32,000 nt of DNA. Origin: a virus. This document shows, one piece after another, positions 7,255 to 13,792 of this stretch. A model generated the notes under the pieces. It saw only the letters and a list, made by a program, of their open reading frames with translations, ran no database searches and was not told where the DNA came from. Position numbers and translations under genes: made by a program. Numbering within the stretch: position 1 is the first letter of the stretch; the number at the start of each line of letters is the position of its first letter. The stretch is from positions 1-32,000 of the IMG/VR virus record IMGVR_UViG_3300045988_140275. One strand, 5' to 3'.

Positions 7255-8019
7255 ATGGAAAATTTAAAAGACTTTGCAAAGAATTATTTGAATTTTTTAA
7301 AATCTAATTTATCTGTAAAAAAAATAGAAACTGCACATGAAATAGTCCTTCCTTTTGAAGATCACATAGGAGATTCAATAGTTTGCTATGTGGATGATAA
7401 AAAAGAAAACGGTATGTTTTTGGTTTCCGATGATGGATATATTATAAATAATCTTATTGATACAGGCATTAATATTAGTAAGAAATCCAGCAGAAGAAAA
7501 ACCATTGAACAAATTTGCATGTTGTCAGGGGTTGCCTTAAGTGATGATAATGAAATGACTGTTTTATCATCTGAGAAGGATTTACCGTCTAAAGTGCATC
7601 AATTAGCAATGACAATGCTTCAAATTGACGATATGTATTTAACAAATACAGTTCGTACTACATCATATTTCTTGGAAGATGTAACAAACTTTTTTATTAA
7701 AAATGATATTTATTTTTCGGATAACGTTTCATTTGTTGGAAGGTCAGGACTAACTCAAAAATTTGATCTATGCTTTCAAAGAAATAAAAATCACAACGAG
7801 CGCTTATGCAAGGCAATCAACAATCCTACTAGAGATAGTCTGACTACTACAGTATTTGCGTGGTTGGACATAGAAAAGACTAGAAACGATGCGAAATGTA
7901 TTGTAATTCTAAACGATGCTCAAACAATAAAAAGCGATATCGTGCAAGGTTTTAAACAATATGGAATAATGACAGTTCCATTCAGTGATCTTGAAAAAGA
8001 GAAAGGCTTATTTAGCTAA
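7255..8019 (+). CDS. DUF1828/DUF1829-like protein
   Basis: The SD GGGAGGAA lies 8 nt upstream. The N-terminal pattern (EIVLPFEDHIGDSIVCYV..FLVSDDGYIINNL) and C-terminal pattern (FVGRSGLTQKFDLCF...ERLCKAINNP...FAWLD) match my recollection of the two-domain DUF1828+DUF1829 architecture. This needs HMM confirmation. Confidence 0.6.
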   Translation: MENLKDFAKNYLNFLKSNLSVKKIETAHEIVLPFEDHIGDSIVCYVDDKKENGMFLVSDDGYIINNLIDTGINISKKSSRRKTIEQICMLSGVALSDDNEMTVLSSEKDLPSKVHQLAMTMLQIDDMYLTNTVRTTSYFLEDVTNFFIKNDIYFSDNVSFVGRSGLTQKFDLCFQRNKNHNERLCKAINNPTRDSLTTTVFAWLDIEKTRNDAKCIVILNDAQTIKSDIVQGFKQYGIMTVPFSDLEKEKGLFS

Positions 8020-8032
8020 TACAAAAAGAAAA

Positions 8033-8071
8033 ACAGATAGTGTATGCTGCTCAACACCACTATCTGTTTTT
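8033..8071 (+). terminator. Rho-independent terminator of the int-proximal cassette
   Basis: A 10-bp stem ACAGATAGTG (8033-8042) / CACTATCTGT (8058-8067) runs into TTTTT. Confidence 0.8.
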
Positions 8072-8336
8072 CATTCTCTGCTAATCTTTTCTTGAGGAAA
8101 TAGAAAAAAGCCTAAAATATTTATCATGTACACATGAATAATAACATCACATTTTAAAAAGAGTAATTAAAAATGCAAAATATTAATAAATATTTACAAA
8201 ACAAAATTAGTTAATAATATAACCAAAAGTACATTAAAAATTCTACCCCCCCGAAAAAAATCGAGACAGGTAATGTAATATATAACCATTTGCACTTTTT
8301 AGTATTATATTTGTACAATTTAATACTAAACAGACA

Positions 8337-8364
8337 TTGACATATAAAATTTAAGACTTATTAT
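8337..8364 (+). promoter_or_regulatory. Sigma-A-like promoter in the AT-rich gap
   Basis: TTGACA (8337-8342), a 16-nt spacer and TATTAT (8359-8364). It reads towards the small ORFs at 8429 and 8598. Confidence 0.5.
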
Positions 8365-8428
8365 ATATTATAATAAGGAAAACGTTTTTCTTTTTATTCA
8401 TAGAAAATGAATGGAAAGGGATGGTCTT

Positions 8429-8548
8429 ATGGAAAGGAATTTATGGATAAAAAAATTAATTATCCTGGCAGAAAAACTTAACGTGGATGATCTGCAAATT
8501 CTGTATAATCATGCACAAAGGCTGCTGTTATCATCTAAAAATGAATAA
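8429..8548 (+). CDS. Possible 39-aa ORF
   Basis: The sequence is MERNLWIKKLIILAEKLNVDDLQILYNHAQRLLLSSKNE. The SD is weak (AAAGGGATGG). It lies downstream of the 8337 promoter and is below the track cutoff. Confidence 0.3.
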   Translation: MERNLWIKKLIILAEKLNVDDLQILYNHAQRLLLSSKNE

Positions 8549-8597
8549 CACTAATACCTATAGGTATTTACGCGCAAATTTAAAGGAAGGATACTGA

Positions 8598-8708
8598 ATG
8601 GAAGAACAAAAGAGAATCTCAATTGCAGAACGATTTGAAGGCTATGAAGGCGAAACACAGCAAGAAGAAATTTGGTCTGATGAAGTAGTTGGCAAAGAAG
8701 AAATATAA
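8598..8708 (+). pseudogene. C-terminal fragment of a MazE/AbrB-type antitoxin (no N-terminal swapped-hairpin domain, no toxin gene)
   Basis: The 36-aa ORF is MEEQKRISIAERFEGYEGETQQEEIWSDEVVGKEEI. Its tail resembles the ...L-x-E-L-F-x-x-Y-D-G-x-Y-x-x-E-E-I-D-W-G-x-P-V-G-K-E ending of MazE/PemI-type antitoxins. The SD AAAGGAAGG is present. Confidence 0.45.
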
Positions 8709-8730
8709 GCTAGGGAATTTACCCTAGCTT
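8707..8730. terminator. Bidirectional hairpin between convergent genes
   Basis: AAGCTAGGG (8707-8715), AATTTA loop and CCCTAGCTT (8722-8730). It lies between the 8598 ORF (+) and the Ltp gene (-). Confidence 0.6.
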
Positions 8731-8736
8731 ATTCTT

Positions 8737-9738
8737 TTAATATCCGTTTCGTGTTACACCATATTCAGCTTGTTCTTGTGTAAATCCATCAAACATCAAT
8801 TGCTCAATTAATCCTTGTCTAGAAAAAGACATGACACTTAAATAATCCATCGCTTTTAACGCAGCTTCTTCATCCCAATTTGCGTTAGTGTGATCTGCAC
8901 CATATTCTGCTTCTTCTTGAGTGTACCCGTCATAAAGCAATTGGTCAATTAGTCCTTTTCTTGAAAATTCATTATAATCTAAATAATCTAAAGCTCTATT
9001 CAATGCGTTTTTCTGACCTACTGTTGGAGATGGAGTAGATGTGCTTGGAGTTGTTGTAGGTGTATCAGATGAATTGTCGGAAGAATTTGTTGTTGAATTA
9101 GAAGTATCGTTAGTTGTATCTTCTTTTTCGTCAGTGCCTTTTTTGTCAGTAACTTCAATATTCTGTATGATTTGATGTACCATGTATTCGTAATCATACT
9201 TTAGACCATCATATTGAATATACATAAATACAACAAATTTATCTTTTTTATTGTTTGATATAAAATAAAATGTTAAATCTGCGTTTAGTTTACTATTATC
9301 TTTTAAAACAATATCACCATCTGCATATGCACGAGTATAAGGTATCATTGAGATTTTTGTTTTTTCTGCTACAGAAGTGAAGTTTGTAAAATTATTAAAT
9401 GCACCATCTGATGAATTTACAAAGTCGTTGATATATTCCTCTATTGTGTCATCACTTAATGTACCGTCTCCTTTTTGCAAAGAAAGTATTGGAAGTTTTG
9501 AATTGTTATCAAAAAAATGCTTTATGTCGGGATCGTCAGTATCTTCTATATCAAAGTAATCAGGTATCTTGAATTTAATATCTGCAACTTTGTATTCTGT
9601 CGTTGAATCAATATCAAACTTTCTTTCTTCAAGATCGTCTGTAGAATTTAAATTGAGATTGTCGTTGGTATTGTTTGTACAACCTGTACATATAGAAATT
9701 GCAAGCATAGCAATTCCAATAGTTTTGAATAATTTCAT
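8737..9738 (-). CDS. ltp: Ltp-family surface lipoprotein (superinfection-exclusion type)
   Basis: It has a signal peptide with Cys (MKLFKTIGIAMLAISICTGC) and a Ser/Thr/Pro linker. Two C-terminal repeats (QKNALNRALDYLDYNEFSRKGLIDQLLYDGYTQEEAEYG and ALKAMDYLSVMSFSRQGLIEQLMFDGFTQEQAEYG) are typical of the phage TP-J34 Ltp repeat domain. It sits beside the repressor. Confidence 0.85.
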   Translation of the reverse strand: MKLFKTIGIAMLAISICTGCTNNTNDNLNLNSTDDLEERKFDIDSTTEYKVADIKFKIPDYFDIEDTDDPDIKHFFDNNSKLPILSLQKGDGTLSDDTIEEYINDFVNSSDGAFNNFTNFTSVAEKTKISMIPYTRAYADGDIVLKDNSKLNADLTFYFISNNKKDKFVVFMYIQYDGLKYDYEYMVHQIIQNIEVTDKKGTDEKEDTTNDTSNSTTNSSDNSSDTPTTTPSTSTPSPTVGQKNALNRALDYLDYNEFSRKGLIDQLLYDGYTQEEAEYGADHTNANWDEEAALKAMDYLSVMSFSRQGLIEQLMFDGFTQEQAEYGVTRNGY

Positions 9739-9824
9739 TTTTTAACCCTCGTTTGTTTACGCCAAGTAAACGCTTTCCATTTTACATGTTAATCATACAA
9801 TAAATCTAACCAAAAAAGAACAAC

Positions 9825-10226
9825 CTATTTGTTGTTCTTTTCTTTTTCTCTTTTAGCTAGTTCCCTGACAACTATTGATTGCAAATAATCTGCAACTTGC
9901 TTTTTTATATCGGGTGGTGCTTCTAGGTATCCTCGAACAAGCCATTTATCTTCTGGTTTTAATCCATAATCTTCGATTAGTTGATCTATCTTTGAATCAG
10001 GTATAGAAATGAACATATCGTCTCCAATACCTTCAGTTAACCATACATAGTCAACGTTGAATTCTCGACATATAGAATTGATGGTTTGACTTGATGGGTT
10101 GGTAGTTCCTTTTTCAATGTTATTGATTGAACCTTTTGAGATACCTATTTGTTTACCAAATTTTTCCATACTCAAATTTAAATGTTTGCGTATTTTATAT
10201 ATTCTCGACCCTATATGTTCTTCCAC
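9825..10226 (-). CDS. CI-like repressor (XRE-family HTH)
   Basis: The HTH is IYKIRKHLNLSMEKFGKQIGISKGSINNIEKG. The track start (GTG 10235) lies inside the SD AAGAGGTG; the GTG at 10226 has 6-nt spacing and is preferred. It is divergent from the early operon. Confidence 0.85.
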   Translation of the reverse strand: MEEHIGSRIYKIRKHLNLSMEKFGKQIGISKGSINNIEKGTTNPSSQTINSICREFNVDYVWLTEGIGDDMFISIPDSKIDQLIEDYGLKPEDKWLVRGYLEAPPDIKKQVADYLQSIVVRELAKREKEKNNK

Positions 10227-10271
10227 GATTTTCACCTCTTAACTGCTTACACTGTGATTATACATTAAAAA

Positions 10272-10361
10272 GTATGTCGAGTATACAAAAAAACAAATTA
10301 TTTGAATAATTTAAAGTTGACATAGTATGTTACAAATACTTATAATGTATGTGTAACATAC
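10272..10361. promoter_or_regulatory. Immunity switch: three 15-bp operators plus divergent promoters
   Basis: The operators GTATGTCGAGTATAC (10272-10286), GTATGTTACAAATAC (10325-10339) and GTATGTGTAACATAC (10347-10361) share GTATGT-N5-ATAC. The rightward promoter is TTGACA (10317-10322), 18 nt, TATAAT (10341-10346). The leftward extended -10 TGTATAAT lies on the minus strand at 10257-10264. Confidence 0.7.
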
Positions 10362-10388
10362 AAAAAGTATTTTAAAAGGAGGGATGTA

Positions 10389-10541
10389 ATGACTGATGAG
10401 GAAAATGTCACTAAAGATGCTTTGGATATGCTTGCAAAGATGGGATATGAAATCAACGAGTATGACCGAGGCTTTATCGCATGTATTTTGACTCAGAGCA
10501 ACAGAAAATGTTCAGAAGGAAAGGAGAACGAAGAAAAATGA
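10389..10541 (+). CDS. First early-operon ORF, 50 aa, unknown
   Basis: The sequence is MTDEENVTKDALDMLAKMGYEINEYDRGFIACILTQSNRKCSEGKENEEK. A strong SD AAGGAGGG lies upstream. The ATGA overlaps the next gene. It is below the track cutoff. Confidence 0.55.
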   Translation: MTDEENVTKDALDMLAKMGYEINEYDRGFIACILTQSNRKCSEGKENEEK

Positions 10542-10798
10542 AAGCATATGTGACTGTTAGAGATGTGATGCTTGTTTTACCTGTAAAAGATACACAGGCT
10601 AGAAAGATTTTACATAATCTACGCAGACAAAAAAATAAAAAGGGTGAAATATTTGAAGGATCATATCGAGACACTATGCTTGGAAAGATTCTTGCAGTTC
10701 CCACTCCAATATTTGTTGAGTATTTTCCCGAGACTAAAAGTGCGCTTAATGACATTTGGAAGGAACAAATAAAAAGCACTCTTGGACAAGAGTGCTAG
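10538..10798 (+). CDS. Small HTH DNA-binding protein (Xis/AlpA-like)
   Basis: This is the in-frame ATG at 10538 of track ORF 10481..10798, with the SD AAAGGAGAA. VTVRDVMLVLPVKDTQARKILHNL...GKILAVPTPIFVEYF resembles excisionase-type HTH proteins of Firmicutes elements. Confidence 0.5.
   Translation: MKAYVTVRDVMLVLPVKDTQARKILHNLRRQKNKKGEIFEGSYRDTMLGKILAVPTPIFVEYFPETKSALNDIWKEQIKSTLGQEC
10775..10796. repeat. Palindrome AGCACTCTTG-GA-CAAGAGTGCT at the 3' end of a gene
   Basis: It has 10-bp perfect arms, and the stop codon TAG starts at its last base. It is related to the palindrome at 11140-11157. Confidence 0.6.
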
Positions 10799-10868
10799 GG
10801 CAGTAATGCACTGCGATATAGTTTTCACAGATTCATTATATCACAGTTTCTAAAAGGAGAAATAAAAA

Positions 10869-11159
10869 ATGAATATTATTAAAGCCACTAAGCTGGCAAA
10901 GAAAAGAAAAATGGGAATGGTACGCAAGAATTCATCCCTCACAACTGTAAATGGTTATTTAGTGCCGTTTGATAATGCTATTTATGGCTATGGCGCTTAT
11001 ATTCCTTTTAAAGGATATATTGTTCGCATGGCAGGAATTACAACAAAAGATATTTTGGCTAAGGATTGGATTTTGGTGAAAAGAATAGATCATCAAGATA
11101 GAGCATATTCGATTCATGAAAGGGTAAGACAAAAAGAAAAGCACTCAAAAGAGTGCTAA
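10869..11159 (+). CDS. DUF2829/Tad2-like small protein (candidate anti-Thoeris sponge)
   Basis: The SD is AAAAGGAGAA. The N-terminal AxKLAKKxKxxxVRK and C-terminal TTKDILAKDWILV resemble the G-K-x-x-x-R...D-L-L-A-x-D-W-x-I-V signature I recall for DUF2829. Size is typical at 96 aa. Confidence 0.45.
   Translation: MNIIKATKLAKKRKMGMVRKNSSLTTVNGYLVPFDNAIYGYGAYIPFKGYIVRMAGITTKDILAKDWILVKRIDHQDRAYSIHERVRQKEKHSKEC
11140..11157. repeat. Palindrome AGCACTC-AAAA-GAGTGCT at the 3' end of a gene
   Basis: It has 7-bp arms identical to the outer arms of the 10775 palindrome, and the stop codon TAA starts at its last base. Confidence 0.6.
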
Positions 11160-11162
11160 TAC

Positions 11163-11378
11163 TTATTCTATCACACTGAATACGTAATAAATGAAGTTGT
11201 CAGCGTTCATAAAGGAACGGATGTAGCCATTATCACCTAATTCGTGAAGTGCTTTCTTGACTTGATCTTCAGAATGAGTAGGGAACGCATCTGTGACATC
11301 TTCTAAACTGCATAGTTTTTCTTCTCCACGTTTGTTTGCTAGGACAAATTTGTGGATTTGAATTGCTAAATCAGACAT
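11163..11378 (-). CDS. Small hypothetical protein (winged-helix-like), antisense-oriented within the early region
   Basis: Track ORF of 71 aa with the SD GGAGGTGAAAAG upstream on the minus strand. Only 41 bp separate it from the divergent 11420 gene. Confidence 0.5.
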   Translation of the reverse strand: MSDLAIQIHKFVLANKRGEEKLCSLEDVTDAFPTHSEDQVKKALHELGDNGYIRSFMNADNFIYYVFSVIE

Positions 11379-11419
11379 TTCTTTTCACCTCCAATCACTA
11401 TTATATAAGGAGAAATAAA

Positions 11420-11638
11420 ATGGCAAAAGAAAAAGAAAAAGAAACTTGGGAGATTCCAAATTTCGACAAGTATGACATCTATAAGTTAGATGACAAACTC
11501 GCTATTAACGAGAAACCTAAGCCAAAGAATTATGTAGTTGCATGTACATTCATTAATATTGCTTTACTTGCATTGAATGTATGCGTATTTTTATCTACTA
11601 AGGTGTTGGCTACAACAATCATCCAGGTAGTTAAGTAA
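11420..11638 (+). CDS. Small C-terminally anchored membrane protein
   Basis: This is the in-frame ATG at 11420 of track ORF 11336..11638, with the SD AAGGAGAA. The TM is VVACTFINIALLALNVCVFL. Confidence 0.55.
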   Translation: MAKEKEKETWEIPNFDKYDIYKLDDKLAINEKPKPKNYVVACTFINIALLALNVCVFLSTKVLATTIIQVVK

Positions 11639-11639
11639 T

Positions 11640-12539
11640 ATGACTAAGGATGAGTTACAAACAAAAATTGACGGGTTTATTGAAGAAGAAACAGCGGATG
11701 AGAAAAGTAAGAATACCATTCGTAAATACAAGCATGTTGCTACTTTGTTTGTTAACTCATTGCCTGATGGTGAAATTACAAAATCCGATATAGTTGGTGT
11801 TAAAGATAAACTGCTGCATGATTATAAAATCAGTACAGTAAACAACTATATTGTGATCATTAATAAATTTATTAAATATAGCGAAATCATTGATTCAGAT
11901 GATGATTTTAATTTTCTTAAGCTAAAGAAATATTATTCAAAGAATTTATTGAAGAACGTAAGAGTCCAGAAAGATGATTCTTTGGATGATATTTTAGAAC
12001 CTAATGAATTTCAAAGGCTATTGAAAAAAGCCCGAGAAATTAATCGTATTGACTTATACGAGATCATGAAGGTGTTTGGGTATACGGGCATTCGTTTGAG
12101 TGAATTACAGTTCTTCACTGTAGAAGCAGTAACGGATGACAATGTGTATGTTATGAACAAAGGAAAAGGTAGAGGAATCATTCTACGTTCAGACTTGCGC
12201 AGAGAGCTCCTTAAATACTGCAAGGACAACAAAATTGAAGAAGGGTGTATATTTACATCTTCTGATAAGAAAAGTCCTGTAAACGCTCGTGTGTTGTCTA
12301 GAGACTTAAAGATGATTGCTGGTAAATGCAGAGGGATTAAGCTTGGTAAAGTACATCCTCACGCATTCAGACATTTGTTTGCGATTCAGTATTTGATGCA
12401 GAATGGTGAAAATGCGATTGCAGAACTAGCGGATATTCTTGGACATTCTAGTTTAGAAACTACAAGAATCTATGTTCGCACAACACGGAAAATGAAAAAG
12501 CAGAATCTTGAATCATTGAGTTATGCAAAAAGGAAGTAG
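11640..12539 (+). CDS. Second tyrosine recombinase, XerC/XerD-like
   Basis: It is 299 aa with an N-terminal SAM-like core-binding region. Motifs are GIRLSEL (Arg), HPHAFRHLFA (H-x-x-R) and LGHSSLETTRIYV (His...Tyr). It is translationally coupled (TAATATG) into the early operon. Confidence 0.9.
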   Translation: MTKDELQTKIDGFIEEETADEKSKNTIRKYKHVATLFVNSLPDGEITKSDIVGVKDKLLHDYKISTVNNYIVIINKFIKYSEIIDSDDDFNFLKLKKYYSKNLLKNVRVQKDDSLDDILEPNEFQRLLKKAREINRIDLYEIMKVFGYTGIRLSELQFFTVEAVTDDNVYVMNKGKGRGIILRSDLRRELLKYCKDNKIEEGCIFTSSDKKSPVNARVLSRDLKMIAGKCRGIKLGKVHPHAFRHLFAIQYLMQNGENAIAELADILGHSSLETTRIYVRTTRKMKKQNLESLSYAKRK

Positions 12540-12544
12540 TTAAT

Positions 12545-12691
12545 ATGACAGCAACAACAATGGCGGTAATAATTATTATGGCCCTTATTTTAGCGGTTTT
12601 TAATTATTTTGTATGGGATTTTCCAAGAGTGGTTCGTTATTGGATCTACGAAATAGTGATTGTATTACTTTACAGTCTTTTGCTCGTATAA
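12545..12691 (+). CDS. 48-aa membrane peptide
   Basis: The sequence is MTATTMAVIIIMALILAVFNYFVWDFPRVVRYWIYEIVIVLLYSLLLV, with two hydrophobic helices. It starts 6 nt after the recombinase stop and is below the track cutoff. Confidence 0.45.
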   Translation: MTATTMAVIIIMALILAVFNYFVWDFPRVVRYWIYEIVIVLLYSLLLV

Positions 12692-12720
12692 GAGGCAATT
12701 ATACAAGATGGGAGAAACAA

Positions 12721-12984
12721 ATGAAAGAAGCTACTAATGTTAATACAGGTGATGTTATCCAGGTTCAAAATGCATCATATGAGGTTCTACAGGTAGTTCC
12801 TGATGCAGCTTATATGTTTGAAGAATATGGAATAACCGCTGCTCTCGTACAAAGAAAAAATGTTTCTTGTATGGGTGCAGCATATCGTTTTTATCAGGTA
12901 GATGGAAGGCTTTATGAGCTAGTGATTCTACCTAAAAGTAATACAAGGAATAGAAAGAGAATAAAGGCAATATCTTTATTTTGA
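12721..12984 (+). CDS. Hypothetical protein
   Basis: This is the in-frame ATG at 12721 of track ORF 12613..12984, with the SD GGGAGAA. No family was recognised. Confidence 0.5.
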   Translation: MKEATNVNTGDVIQVQNASYEVLQVVPDAAYMFEEYGITAALVQRKNVSCMGAAYRFYQVDGRLYELVILPKSNTRNRKRIKAISLF

Positions 12985-12991
12985 GGATAGT

Positions 12992-13792
12992 ATGAAACAT
13001 AGTTTTGATGCAGAAATTGCGAATGAATATGGAGTTGAAATAGCTATCATGTTCGATATGTTTTGTTTTTGGATCAGCAAGAACGAAGCAAATGATTATA
13101 ACTTTAAGGAGGGGAGGTATTGGACGTTCAATACATATGAAGGATTGCATAAAATGTTCCCTTATTGGAATGTTCAAAAGATAAAAAGAATCTTAAATAA
13201 AATGGTTGAACTGGGCTTGTTGGTCAAGGGAAACTATAACGAAAATCCATGGAATCATACAACTTGGTATGCGTTTGGAGAAGTAGGGCAAAAGTTAAAA
13301 AATGCTTTATCTATCGATTGGTCAAAAGTGACTAATCGAACGGTCGAAAATGGCAATTGTAGAATAGTCAAAAATGACCAATGTACAATGGTCAAAAATG
13401 ACCAATCTAAGACAGTTATATACACAGTTAGTAACACAGTTAATAAAAGAAATATAAAAGAAAGTTCCGACGACACTGATTTATCAGCATCAGAAACAAT
13501 CCCTTATGTTGAAATTATTGACTACTTGAATTCTAAATGTTCAAAGCATTACAAACATAGCAATCGAATTGCTAGAGAGAAGATTCATGCTAGATGGAAT
13601 GAGGGATTCAGATTAGAAGACTTTAAGCTTGTGATTGATGTTAAAGCTTCTGAATGGGTAAACGATACAGAGATGAACAAGTATTTAAGACCTGACACGT
13701 TGTTTGGATCTAAGTTTGAAATTTATCTGAACAGTGTAGCACCTAAACAAAAAACAAATAATTTTGTGATCACGAAAGGAATGAAGATGTAA
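12992..13792 (+). CDS. Replisome organiser / replication initiator with a conserved phage C-terminal domain
   Basis: It has an N-terminal winged-helix-like region. The C-terminal IPYVEIIDYLNSKCSKHYKHSN..AREKIHARWNEGFRLEDFKLVIDVK..W...MNKYLRPDTLFGSKFEIYLN matches the 'phage conserved C-terminus' domain of DnaD-like organisers. It contains iterons. Confidence 0.75.
   Translation: MKHSFDAEIANEYGVEIAIMFDMFCFWISKNEANDYNFKEGRYWTFNTYEGLHKMFPYWNVQKIKRILNKMVELGLLVKGNYNENPWNHTTWYAFGEVGQKLKNALSIDWSKVTNRTVENGNCRIVKNDQCTMVKNDQSKTVIYTVSNTVNKRNIKESSDDTDLSASETIPYVEIIDYLNSKCSKHYKHSNRIAREKIHARWNEGFRLEDFKLVIDVKASEWVNDTEMNKYLRPDTLFGSKFEIYLNSVAPKQKTNNFVITKGMKM
13320..13406 (+). repeat. Four tandem 22-24-bp iterons inside the organiser gene (putative ori)
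   Basis: GGTCAAAAGTGACTAAT (13320), GGTCGAAAATGGCAATT (13342), AGTCAAAAATGACCAAT (13366) and GGTCAAAAATGACCAAT (13390). The periods are 22, 24 and 24 bp. Confidence 0.7.

Noticed and set aside
8246-8260. C7-G-A7 homopolymer tracts in the AT-rich gap, considered as a phase-variation switch.
   Set aside because: They are not inside an ORF and not positioned between -35 and -10 elements of any promoter I could identify. A single occurrence is not enough.
5493-8730. Idea that int plus the two-gene cassette (5493-8730) is a separate small island and that the phage proper starts at ltp/CI with the Xer-like gene as its integrase.
   Set aside because: No additional copy of the 19-bp att core or other direct repeat was found near 8.0-8.8 kb. 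The Xer-like gene is embedded in the early operon with no adjacent att. This cannot be fully excluded without the distal end of the element.
9675-9690. TTGTACA-ACC-TGTACA, resembling the shared late palindrome, inside the ltp gene.
   Set aside because: The spacer is different (3 nt vs 1 nt). It lies in the signal-peptide/lipobox codons of a minus-strand gene. TGTACA is common in this AT-rich DNA, so this is likely chance.
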